The notes beneath the pieces were generated by a model. The model had not been told where the DNA came from and did no database searches. It saw only the letters and a program-made list of their open reading frames with translations. A program made the translations under genes and the position numbers. Below, piece after piece: positions 23,236 through 31,069 of a stretch of DNA of 48,380 nucleotides. Origin of the DNA: a virus; IMG/VR virus record IMGVR_UViG_3300039344_000030, positions 1 to 48,380 of that record; one strand, given 5' to 3'. Every line of letters starts with the position of its first letter. Within the stretch, counting starts at the first letter, position 1.

Positions 23236-23751
23236 ATGGGAAGAAGGAAAGGAAGAGAGGTAAAAGAAGCAAGTGAGAATCTAATACCACTGAATGAGAG
23301 AACACCAGAAGAACGAAAACGGATAGCAATGATGGGAGTTGAAGCAAGGAAGAAGAAGAAGGAACAAAACATGGCGTTACAGAATTGTATGCGTCAGTTG
23401 TTGGAGATGAAAACAAACAGCGATAAAAAGAAACAGGTGTTGCGCTCTTTTGGGTTCACAGATGAAGAACTTACGAACCGTTCTTTGTTGATGGTTGCAT
23501 TGTTCCAGAAGGGATTGACAGGAGATGTTTCTGCAATCAGAGAAATTACAGACATGATGGATAAACTAGAAATGTTTGAAAACACAGGAAAGGTTACAAG
23601 CAATATCACAATCAATCTTGTTGCAAAAGGGGAAACATATCAGCCGAATGAACAGGACGAACAAGACATATGGGATGCAGAGAACAGTACAGACTGGATG
23701 GAGGACAGCGAGGACGATGAAGATTGGGGCAATGACATCTATGAAGGATAG
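23236..23751 (+). CDS. Putative small-terminase-like DNA-binding protein
   Basis: Basic N-terminus NLIPLNERTPEERKRIAMMGVEARKKKK, central ...ALFQKGLTGDVSAIREITDMMD, acidic tail. SD AAAGGAGG. Assignment rests on resemblance only. Confidence 0.4.
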   Translation: MGRRKGREVKEASENLIPLNERTPEERKRIAMMGVEARKKKKEQNMALQNCMRQLLEMKTNSDKKKQVLRSFGFTDEELTNRSLLMVALFQKGLTGDVSAIREITDMMDKLEMFENTGKVTSNITINLVAKGETYQPNEQDEQDIWDAENSTDWMEDSEDDEDWGNDIYEG

Positions 23752-23965
23752 CGGCAGGAAAGCGTCTGCTGTGAATATTCTGGAAGATAATAACCCAACC
23801 CTTAGAAGTATTCACCTTGAAGAAGAAAGCGGCTTAAAATCGAAAATAGAAGGTTACAGAAGGTTGTCTGCTATGGAGTGGATAACAGAACATACAGAAC
23901 AAGATGAATTATTTTGCAAGAACATATTGACAAACATATTGGAACATGATATAATTCAAGTATAA
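23741..23965 (+). CDS. Small hypothetical protein
   Basis: In-frame ATGs at 23732 and 23741. Weak SD, start uncertain. Confidence 0.4.
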   Translation: MKDSGRKASAVNILEDNNPTLRSIHLEEESGLKSKIEGYRRLSAMEWITEHTEQDELFCKNILTNILEHDIIQV

Positions 23966-23978
23966 AAGGAGTTAGAAC

Positions 23979-24389
23979 ATGAGTAGAGCAGAAATCAGAA
24001 GGGAACAAAGAGAGAAGAAGAAAGAAAACAAAACATATACCTTGACAGCAAGGGAGTTGGAACAGTTAGAACAAAGAATCAGAAGGGAAGAACAGAAAAA
24101 GGCAAAACAGGTGATTCTGGATAAGACAAATGCTTTAGCAGAACAAATACTAACAATGATGCTGGTAATTCCAACAAATGTGTTGGTGTCTGATTATTGG
24201 CAGAAGTCAGCAAAGAAGCGCATACCAAAGTTTGTAGATGATTGTATGAGCCTATATGAAGCATTTACAAGCGGTGTGGTGAAGATGTCCGAAATGGTAG
24301 CACTGACAGAAGAATATGCAGGAATCAAGTTAGTGCAGGATGAACAGTTTTCCATGTTTGCAGAAAAGGTGGGAGAACATGAAAAGTAA
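23979..24389 (+). CDS. Hypothetical protein (basic coiled-coil N-terminus)
   Basis: SD AAAGGAG, 136 aa. Confidence 0.6.
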   Translation: MSRAEIRREQREKKKENKTYTLTARELEQLEQRIRREEQKKAKQVILDKTNALAEQILTMMLVIPTNVLVSDYWQKSAKKRIPKFVDDCMSLYEAFTSGVVKMSEMVALTEEYAGIKLVQDEQFSMFAEKVGEHEK

Positions 24390-24552
24390 ATTACAGAAGG
24401 ACATAGACAGTTATGTAAGAAAGTATGCAAAGAAGTATAACATAACAAAAGAACAAGCACTAACACATGAAAGAGTGCAGAATGTGATTGCATGGTTAAG
24501 GTTAAGGGAAGGAGAACAGGAACATGATAAAACAGAAAGTGGAACAATATGA
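24379..24552 (+). CDS. Small hypothetical protein
   Basis: ATG 24379 after AAGGTGGGAG. Confidence 0.5.
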   Translation: MKSKLQKDIDSYVRKYAKKYNITKEQALTHERVQNVIAWLRLREGEQEHDKTESGTI

Positions 24553-24937
24553 CCTTGATGTGGTTGACTTGGAAAAGGAACTAGAAGCAGAGTTTGAAGC
24601 AGGGTGCAGGGTGGTTAGCATGATTTCTGTTACAGACAGATATGATATGCCAATCAAAGGGTTATCACAGACACATACCGTATATGTTGTATATGAGTAT
24701 GAAGAAACCATAAACTATCCTAAGATGTATTCTATTAGTAGTGGTATTGCATTGCTGAAAAACAAAGATGTGAAGATTTACAGAACATTAATGTTTGAGC
24801 ATGTAAAGGGAAGAAGGGACGAAAACGTATATTATACCTATCTGCCGAATGAAAGAACAAAAGAGTATAAAGACATCATGGAGTATTGTTATTTGAATAA
24901 CATAACATTGTTTGAGGTGAAAGCAAATGGAAACTGA
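24524..24937 (+). CDS. Hypothetical protein
   Basis: SD GAAGGAG, 137 aa. Confidence 0.6.
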   Translation: MIKQKVEQYDLDVVDLEKELEAEFEAGCRVVSMISVTDRYDMPIKGLSQTHTVYVVYEYEETINYPKMYSISSGIALLKNKDVKIYRTLMFEHVKGRRDENVYYTYLPNERTKEYKDIMEYCYLNNITLFEVKANGN

Positions 24938-25253
24938 TGCAGAATTAAAACAAATACAGATAGATAAATACACAAGGAAGCAAGCAGAACAATTCGGGAT
25001 TGAAAACAGATTATTACAGTGTACAGAAGAATGTGGAGAACTCATACAAGCGTTAAGCAAGTATCAGAGAATCTTACAGGGAGATAAAACATGCCAGACA
25101 GATATGTGTCATGCAGAATATATGATAACAGACGAGATTGCAGATGTGGAACTTCTGTTAGAACAAATCAAGTACCTATTAGGAAACGAAAGGGAAGTCA
25201 GAGAAAGGAAACTATATAAATTTGAAAGGACAGAACAAAGATTATTAGAATAG
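24927..25253 (+). CDS. MazG-like all-alpha NTP pyrophosphohydrolase
   Basis: EECGELIQAL and DEIADVELLLEQ acidic motifs in a 108-aa helical protein. Confidence 0.55.
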   Translation: METDAELKQIQIDKYTRKQAEQFGIENRLLQCTEECGELIQALSKYQRILQGDKTCQTDMCHAEYMITDEIADVELLLEQIKYLLGNEREVRERKLYKFERTEQRLLE

Positions 25254-25266
25254 GAGAACAAAATAA

Positions 25267-25584
25267 ATGGCAATTTATAAAAAGAAACCAGTAGAAATAG
25301 AAGCAGTTCAATGGACAGGATTAAACCATAGAGAAATGTTTGATTTTCTAACAAATGGACAATTCCAAGATTGTTATATGACAACATTTGGAGAAAATTT
25401 CTATATTGACCATAACAAAGTCCGTGGAGGTTTAGTTATTAAAACGTTAGAAGGGGAGCATATTGCATCTATTGGCGATTATATCATTAAGGGAGTACAT
25501 GGAGAGTTCTATCCTTGTAAGCCAGATATATTTGAAAAGACATATGAATCAGTAGAACAAAACAGAACAGAACATACCATTTAA
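25267..25584 (+). CDS. Hypothetical protein
   Basis: SD TAGGAG, 105 aa. Confidence 0.6.
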   Translation: MAIYKKKPVEIEAVQWTGLNHREMFDFLTNGQFQDCYMTTFGENFYIDHNKVRGGLVIKTLEGEHIASIGDYIIKGVHGEFYPCKPDIFEKTYESVEQNRTEHTI

Positions 25585-25626
25585 AACAAAGACAGAACAA
25601 AGAATATAGAAAGGGGCATAGAATAC

Positions 25627-26283
25627 ATGGGAACAAAAGCAAGTGGTATTAAGGTAACATACAGAAACATTAGAGAGTTAAAACCATACAAGAAGAACGC
25701 AAAGAAACATCCGAAAGAACAGGTTGAAAGAATTATGAACAGTATTAAGCAGTTTGGGTTCTTTGAACACAGAGCAGTAGCAATTGATAAAGATGATTAT
25801 GTTGTGGAAGGTCATGGAAGAATCCTTGCGGCAAAGAAAGCAGGACTAACACAAGTGCCTACAATCTGTCTGGATGATATGACAGAGGAACAAATCAAGG
25901 CTTGGCGTTTGATTGAAAACAAAACAGCAGAATCAAGTTATGACGAAACATTGATAAGCAAAGAGATTGAAGAATTGTTACAATCAGATATAGACATGGA
26001 AGCATTTGGATTTAGTGTGGATATTCTGGAAGATGAAACAATAGAGGTAGAACCAGATGTACCTTTTACAGAGATACTCAACGAAGAAAACAATTATATT
26101 GTGTTAAAGTTCAACAATAAGATTGATTGGCTCAATGCTATGGGGTTGTTTGGAATCGAGAAAGCAAAAGCATACCCTACAAGGAAAGAAGGAAATAAAA
26201 AGTCATTCGGTATGAGAGCAGGAGTAGGAAGGGTGCTAGATGGACAGAAAGCGTTAGAAAGGGTGCAAGGTAATGAAGTATAA
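25627..26283 (+). CDS. ParB/Srx-like N-terminal domain protein, stand-alone
   Basis: LKPYKKNAKKHPKEQVERIMNSIKQFGF....AIDKDDYVVEGHGRILAAKKAGLTQVP. Confidence 0.7.
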   Translation: MGTKASGIKVTYRNIRELKPYKKNAKKHPKEQVERIMNSIKQFGFFEHRAVAIDKDDYVVEGHGRILAAKKAGLTQVPTICLDDMTEEQIKAWRLIENKTAESSYDETLISKEIEELLQSDIDMEAFGFSVDILEDETIEVEPDVPFTEILNEENNYIVLKFNNKIDWLNAMGLFGIEKAKAYPTRKEGNKKSFGMRAGVGRVLDGQKALERVQGNEV

Positions 26284-27082
26284 GGGAAAAGAAATCATTG
26301 TTGCTTGTCCGTCTTATAAACGGTATAAGGTGGAGACATTAAGTTACATTCCTTTCTGTAAGGTTTATGTTGCGCCAGAAGAATATGAAGCATATTTAGA
26401 GTTCAACCCGAAACATACAGAAAATATTGTGAAGTGTCCGAAGGGTGTACAAGGAAATCTGTGCAGAGTTCGTAACTATATCCTTGACACAGAGTTTGAA
26501 CATGGTGCAGATATTGTTCTGCTGATTGATGATGATTTACGAGCAATCGAACATTTTGAAATGTCAGAGGATGGAACACACGCATACGAAAAAGTCAAGG
26601 TAAAATCAGATGAACTACTAGACTTTATATATAGATATTCTCTATTATGTTATGATTGGGGTTTTCGCTTTTGGGGATTGAATTGTAACAGCGATACAAT
26701 GTCCTATCGGCAGTATTCCCCATTCAGCACTACATCCTATATAGGTGGTCCGTTCCAGTGTTTCTTAAAGGGGAACGAATTAAGGTATGATGAAAGACTT
26801 CCGTTAAAAGAAGATTATGACATGACATTACAGAACATGAATCTGTACAGAGGGGCATTGAGGTTAAACAAATACCATTATGTTTGTAGACAGTCAGAAC
26901 AAAAGGGCGGTTGTGCAATGTACCGTAACATGGAAAGGGAAAAGGAACAGTTTGAGTTGTTGCGTAAGAAGTGGGGCAGTAACATTGTAAGGCTGGACAC
27001 ATCAAACAAAGGAAGGTCAAGAAAGAACAGAAAGTACATTGACTACAATCCGATTATCAAGATACCCATTAAGGGAATCTAA
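26273..27082 (+). CDS. GT-A-fold glycosyltransferase-like protein
   Basis: N-terminal IIVACPSYKR strand motif, DxD motif VLLIDDDL, downstream EDYD. Overlaps the ParB-like gene by 11 nt. Confidence 0.5.
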   Translation: MKYKGKEIIVACPSYKRYKVETLSYIPFCKVYVAPEEYEAYLEFNPKHTENIVKCPKGVQGNLCRVRNYILDTEFEHGADIVLLIDDDLRAIEHFEMSEDGTHAYEKVKVKSDELLDFIYRYSLLCYDWGFRFWGLNCNSDTMSYRQYSPFSTTSYIGGPFQCFLKGNELRYDERLPLKEDYDMTLQNMNLYRGALRLNKYHYVCRQSEQKGGCAMYRNMEREKEQFELLRKKWGSNIVRLDTSNKGRSRKNRKYIDYNPIIKIPIKGI

Positions 27083-27088
27083 GAGGAA

Positions 27089-27118
27089 GGGGCAGAACAT
27101 TGTTTCTGTCCTTTTTAT
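27089..27118 (+). terminator. Rho-independent terminator
   Basis: GGGGCAGAA-loop-TTCTGTCC(T) + TTTTTATTTT. Confidence 0.65.
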
Positions 27119-27146
27119 TTTGTTTGAAAAAGTTTTACAAAACGTA

Positions 27147-27180
27147 TTGACTTTGTGCTATGTTGTGATATAATAGAATC
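27147..27180 (+). promoter_or_regulatory. Sigma-A-type promoter
   Basis: TTGACT-16-TATAAT then AGAATC. Confidence 0.65.
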
Positions 27181-27292
27181 ATCAAAGGAAAGGAAACATG
27201 ATGTTGAGGACGACATGTGGTGCTGGTTCAATAGCCATCCGCTGGAGTACAATCCGATAGAAAGAAAACAAACATAGAAGGAGGACATTACA

Positions 27293-27451
27293 TTGAATGA
27301 CACACAGAGGAATTATGAAACACTGTTAGAAGCAATCAAAACAAATGACATTGGTGCAGAAGAGTTGTTGGACGCATTTACCAATTGGCATGGATTACAG
27401 TTAATTGATGATGATTTCATAGAATTTCTGGAAGATGAAGAAATCATATAA
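27293..27451 (+). CDS. Small acidic protein (52 aa)
   Basis: TTG start after GAAGGAGGA. Peptide NDTQRNYETLLEAIK...DDDFIEFLEDEEII. Confidence 0.45.
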   Translation: MNDTQRNYETLLEAIKTNDIGAEELLDAFTNWHGLQLIDDDFIEFLEDEEII

Positions 27452-27458
27452 AAGCGTG

Positions 27459-27493
27459 TTGACAAGAACAGTACATTGTGTTATGATGGAATC
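27459..27493 (+). promoter_or_regulatory. Sigma-A-type promoter
   Basis: TTGACA-17-TATGAT then GGAATC. Confidence 0.65.
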
Positions 27494-27590
27494 AAGATAA
27501 AGGAAAACAAATAATACTTGGCTGTTGCATTTGAGACTTGCTCTTGTGGGAATGGTTAAGCACTGAACAGGAAATGAAGGAGAATGGAAC

Positions 27591-27833
27591 ATGGCAGATT
27601 ATTTATTGGCAAGTGACAAAGTGGATAGCATGAAGAGAGAAGCGGAACAGAAGTACAAGAAGTACGAAGAACAATTGTTGAAGTATGCAAAGCGTGACCT
27701 TATGAAATATACAGAGGTTATGGCAGAGTGTACAGGGTATCTGAAAGCACTTGCTGATTTGGATTTGTTGGATGATTTTGGTGAATCACTAAACAGAATG
27801 ACAGAACATGTAATTGAAGAACAAAGGAGGTGA
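27591..27833 (+). CDS. Small hypothetical protein
   Basis: SD GAAGGAG, 80 aa. Confidence 0.6.
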   Translation: MADYLLASDKVDSMKREAEQKYKKYEEQLLKYAKRDLMKYTEVMAECTGYLKALADLDLLDDFGESLNRMTEHVIEEQRR

Positions 27834-27837
27834 TACA

Positions 27838-28143
27838 GTGAAGGTGATAGACCTTGAAACAATTGAACCAGAGGAAGTCAGACAGAAGATACAGAATATT
27901 ACAGATACAGTAAGCAGAGAATTGAGAGTGTACAGAGCGAGGGTTCGTGTGGAAGAAGGAGTAACAGAGAACAGATATGTTCTGACATTTCACTTTGAAA
28001 ACAATTACAATTATTCTAGGGTGTTTACCATGAACGAATTGCTTAATGATTTTAGATATTTCCAATGGCAGACAATTGGGAAAGAATTGATACAGGAAAT
28101 AAAGAGACAGTTTCTTGTAGAAAGGCGATTGACATTCCGATAA
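27838..28143 (+). CDS. Hypothetical protein
   Basis: GTG 27838 after AAAGGAGGTGA. Confidence 0.55.
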   Translation: MKVIDLETIEPEEVRQKIQNITDTVSRELRVYRARVRVEEGVTENRYVLTFHFENNYNYSRVFTMNELLNDFRYFQWQTIGKELIQEIKRQFLVERRLTFR

Positions 28144-28197
28144 TGGTGTGTTAATATAAAAGAGTAAACAGAGTAAGTTCAGAAAGGAGAACAAAAC

Positions 28198-28635
28198 ATG
28201 AGTGAGAACAAAGGGAACAAATTAGTTGTGGACGACATTGAGGTTATCGTAAGAGGTATTGCGAACAAACCGTATTATGAGATTAAGTACAGAGAAGTCG
28301 GGAACGATGATTATAACATCGGCTTTGGTTCGTATGATTTAAACAATGTCCTCAAGTGGAAAGAGGAAGAATTTGAGGTTGTTTCCGAGAAAGTGGAGAA
28401 AGAAACAAAGGAAGTAACAAACAAGATGTTGCTAGAACATCTGAAAGAAATCGAGATTGCACATGGTTGTCTTGCAAATGGAATCAACACACTGTTCAGT
28501 GTTATGAGTGAAAGAAAGGAACAGTTAAAGTTAAGCAGGGGCGAAGCGGAAATGATTGAACATGGACAGATTGCACTCGCTTGTCTCACAGACCGCATGG
28601 CTAATATTTCTGGATGGCTAATATTTCTGGAATGA
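28198..28635 (+). CDS. Hypothetical protein, apparently truncated by a 17-bp tandem duplication
   Basis: SD AAAGGAG. The frame ends ...DRMANISGWLIFLE* inside the duplicated unit. Confidence 0.6.
   Translation: MSENKGNKLVVDDIEVIVRGIANKPYYEIKYREVGNDDYNIGFGSYDLNNVLKWKEEEFEVVSEKVEKETKEVTNKMLLEHLKEIEIAHGCLANGINTLFSVMSERKEQLKLSRGEAEMIEHGQIALACLTDRMANISGWLIFLE
28598..28631 (+). repeat. Perfect 17-bp tandem duplication (TGGCTAATATTTCTGGA x2)
   Basis: 28598-28614 equals 28615-28631. Removing one copy extends the ORF in frame to TAA 28728-28730. Confidence 0.95.
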
Positions 28636-28730
28636 ATGAGAGAGGAAAGAGACATGCGGCAGAGGTTCATGTGGTAGGAAAAGAAGATGTTGAAGGTTTC
28701 CTCGATTTTCTGAAAGAAATTTTAAGTTAA
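28632..28730 (+). other. Out-of-frame continuation of the 28198 gene (32 codons). Possibly the orphaned C-terminus, or an independent mini-ORF.
   Basis: Reads MNERGKRHAAEVHVVGKEDVEGFLDFLKEILS*. No convincing SD. Confidence 0.4.
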
Positions 28731-28733
28731 GCC

Positions 28734-28763
28734 TTGACGAACAACAATTGAATATGGTATAAT
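28734..28763 (+). promoter_or_regulatory. Sigma-A-type promoter for terL
   Basis: TTGACG-18-(TGg)TATAAT. Confidence 0.65.
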
Positions 28764-28770
28764 ATGATAA

Positions 28771-28831
28771 ACAAAACAGATAAGGTTCGGCGTACATCAG
28801 ATTATGTACATTTGCCACTTATCTGTTTTGT
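28771..28831 (+). promoter_or_regulatory. 5'-terminal leader stem-loop of the terL mRNA
   Basis: Perfect 14-bp helix ACAAAACAGATAAG / CTTATCTGTTTTGT enclosing a 6-bp hairpin GTACAT/ATGTAC. Begins at about the predicted +1. Confidence 0.6.
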
Positions 28832-28859
28832 GCATATTAAAACAAAGGAGCAAACAAAC

Positions 28860-30218
28860 ATGGATGTGAACATTGAAGTGTCAAACAGATTTGCTTCTTT
28901 TCTAACCGATTGGGATTATGAACAATACCTGTTATTGGGTGGGTATGGTAGCGGAAAGAGTTACCATGTAGCATTGAAGATTATACTAAAACTTCTGGAA
29001 GAAAAACGAACAGCATTGGTGGTAAGACAAGTGCGTGAAACAATCAAAGAATCTTGTTTCGCATTGTTTAAAGAAATCCTTGACAAGATGGGTTTGTTAT
29101 CAGATGAAGCGGTAAGGAACAATCACAGACCAAAAGGGGACAAAGTGGTTGCGATTTCTAGTCCTTTGGAAATCCGTTTTCCGAATGGTTCAAGAATCAT
29201 ATTCCGAGGAATGGATAATACGGAGAAAATTAAGTCCATTCACGGTGTCAGCATTGTTTGGATGGAAGAATGTAGCGAAATCCGTTATGAAGCATATACC
29301 GAGTTGCTAGGGCGTATCAGAGAGCCTAAAGTGACGTTGCATTTTATCTTAACAACAAATCCTGTCGGCAAGGAAAATTGGGTATACAATACTTTTTTTG
29401 TGCATACAGATGATAAAGGAAGAGAGAGAACAATACAAAGTCCAGAAGAGTTTTACAGACGTAGAACATTGGTGAACAAAAAGAATGGTGTTTATTATCA
29501 TCACAGCCTACCAGATGATAACCCATTCCTGCCTGTTTCGTACATTCGCCGTCTGGATGGATTGAAGAGAACAGACAAACAATTGTGGGTTGTTGCAAGG
29601 TGGGGAAGGTTTGGAGCGAATGGAACAAGGGTACTTCCGAACTTTGTTGTTGCGAAGGACAGCAGAGAGTTCAAACGGAAGGTGAACAGTATTTCTGCAC
29701 AATTTCATTTCTTCGGACTTGACTTTGGTTTTGAAGAGAGTTACAATGCGCTTATCAGTTGTTGTGTTGATGATGCAAACAAAGTGCTGTACATTTATGA
29801 TGAAGTGTACATGAATCAGATAACAGATGATAGATTCTCACAGAGACAAGATGTTCGTGCAGTAGCGGAGAGGGCAGGAAGGTGTGAGAAGCCAATCTGT
29901 GCAGATTCAGCAGAACCTAAAACAATTCAGTTTTACAGACAGCAAGGGTACAACATGTATGGAGCGAAAAAGTACATTGGAAGTCGTTTACAGAACACAA
30001 AGAAGATGAAACGATTTAACAAGATAGTTTGTTCCCCTAGATGTAAGAACACAATCCGAGAGTTGAAAGACCTTACATATAAGAGGGATTCAAGGGGTAA
30101 TGCAATCTATGATGAATTTAACATTGACCCGCATACATTTTCTGCATTGTGGTATGCGTTGGACACATATACCGTTGCAGATGTGAAGGAGATTAAAACA
30201 AACAGTAAAGCAGGATAA
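28860..30218 (+). CDS. terL: Terminase large subunit
   Basis: Walker A LLLGGYGSGKS, Walker B-like VWMEEC, C-terminal nuclease region. ATG 28860 after AAAGGAG. The track start 28764 lies in the -10 box. Confidence 0.85.
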   Translation: MDVNIEVSNRFASFLTDWDYEQYLLLGGYGSGKSYHVALKIILKLLEEKRTALVVRQVRETIKESCFALFKEILDKMGLLSDEAVRNNHRPKGDKVVAISSPLEIRFPNGSRIIFRGMDNTEKIKSIHGVSIVWMEECSEIRYEAYTELLGRIREPKVTLHFILTTNPVGKENWVYNTFFVHTDDKGRERTIQSPEEFYRRRTLVNKKNGVYYHHSLPDDNPFLPVSYIRRLDGLKRTDKQLWVVARWGRFGANGTRVLPNFVVAKDSREFKRKVNSISAQFHFFGLDFGFEESYNALISCCVDDANKVLYIYDEVYMNQITDDRFSQRQDVRAVAERAGRCEKPICADSAEPKTIQFYRQQGYNMYGAKKYIGSRLQNTKKMKRFNKIVCSPRCKNTIRELKDLTYKRDSRGNAIYDEFNIDPHTFSALWYALDTYTVADVKEIKTNSKAG

Positions 30219-30235
30219 TGTTTCATGTGAAACGT
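30217..30235 (+). repeat. 19-nt element AATGTTTCATGTGAAACGT, copy 2
   Basis: Identical to 9355..9373. Overlaps the terL stop (TAATG). Confidence 0.8.
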
Positions 30236-30256
30236 GGAAAGGAGAACAGAGAGAGA

Positions 30257-30496
30257 ATGAACACATTGAGAAGTAAAACAAAACAAGTAAAAGATATCAG
30301 AGATTTACAAAAACAGAGTTTGGAGAAATCAACAGATGATTACATGGTGGGGTTATATAATGGGTTAGAGATGGCAACAGCGATTCTGGAGGGAAGAGAG
30401 CCAGAGTTCCTAACCTGTGTAAAAGAACCACCAGTGATAGAGAATGAAGAAGAACAGACAGGACGAACAGTAGCAAATGGGATTCGTAGGAGGTAA
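30257..30496 (+). CDS. Hypothetical protein. It may instead start at 30218 through TAATG coupling.
   Basis: ATG 30257 after GAAAGGAG. The in-frame upstream ATG 30218 would add MFHVKRGKENRER. Confidence 0.55.
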   Translation: MNTLRSKTKQVKDIRDLQKQSLEKSTDDYMVGLYNGLEMATAILEGREPEFLTCVKEPPVIENEEEQTGRTVANGIRRR

Positions 30497-30502
30497 GAAG
30501 AT

Positions 30503-30817
30503 GTGCAAGAAATATTGCTAGATACATACACAATAGCATTGCCCATCATACTTGGCTATATAGTCTGGTTATTAAAACAAACAAACAAAAAGAGAGATGC
30601 AAACACAAGGGGAACAATGTTGTTGTTAAGGGTTCAATTAATAGAATACCATGACAAGTATTGTGCTATGGGAATCATACCATCGTATGCCTACCAAAAT
30701 TTTTGTGAAATGTTTGAAGCATACAGAGCGTTGGGTGGGAATGGAATGATTTTAAAGATGAAAAAGGAAGTCGACGAATTGGAAATAAGAAAGAAAGGAT
30801 ATGAACACGATGTTTAA
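30503..30817 (+). CDS. Membrane protein in the lysis cassette (holin-associated?)
   Basis: GTG 8 nt after TAGGAGGT. N-terminal TM segment IALPIILGYIVWLL. Confidence 0.55.
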   Translation: MQEILLDTYTIALPIILGYIVWLLKQTNKKRDANTRGTMLLLRVQLIEYHDKYCAMGIIPSYAYQNFCEMFEAYRALGGNGMILKMKKEVDELEIRKKGYEHDV

Positions 30818-31040
30818 AAACAATGTATTTAATGTATCAGTAGATACAAAAAAGTGGTTGAAGAAAGCGGTAGTAAGAGCAGTTAAAACAATGGCACAGA
30901 CTTTTGTTGCAACAGTTGGAACGGCTACTGTTATGGGTGCAGTAGATTGGAAGATGGTACTTTCTGCTTCTGTTTTGGCTGGTATTCTTTCCATAGCAAC
31001 CAGTGTTGCAGGAATACCAGAAGTTGAAGCAGAAGAGTAG
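30810..31040 (+). CDS. Holin (phi-LC3 / holin_1-like)
   Basis: ...KKAVVRAVKTMAQTFVATVGTA...VDWKMVLSASVLAGILSIATSVAGIPE. An alternative in-frame ATG lies at 30801. Confidence 0.65.
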   Translation: MFKNNVFNVSVDTKKWLKKAVVRAVKTMAQTFVATVGTATVMGAVDWKMVLSASVLAGILSIATSVAGIPEVEAEE

Positions 31041-31069
31041 AACAAACAAAACAAGGAGGAACAAAACAA

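Noticed and set aside
22874-23416. Minus-strand ORFs (76, 98 and 96 aa) overlapping the non-coding unit, as possible protein-coding explanations for the gap
   Set aside because: They have no SD upstream of their starts on the minus strand. They run through the + strand promoter and into the + strand TerS-like gene, and their composition is low-complexity.
23236-23751. A confident call of this gene as the small terminase subunit
   Set aside because: It resembles TerS-type proteins only in general pattern: a basic N-terminal DNA-binding segment and a GD..A...I.D core. It is also separated from terL by about 5 kb of unrelated genes. I kept it as a low-confidence putative call.
28764-28859. N-terminal extensions suggested by the ORF track: terL from 28764, nuclease from 10787, RNase H from 21363, HeH protein from 37810, 23576-23965, 15108, 13641, 16342 and 18049
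   Set aside because: In each case the upstream start lies inside a promoter or an upstream gene and lacks an SD. An internal ATG/GTG is preceded by a strong AGGAGG-type SD at 5-10 nt, and the known domain begins there.
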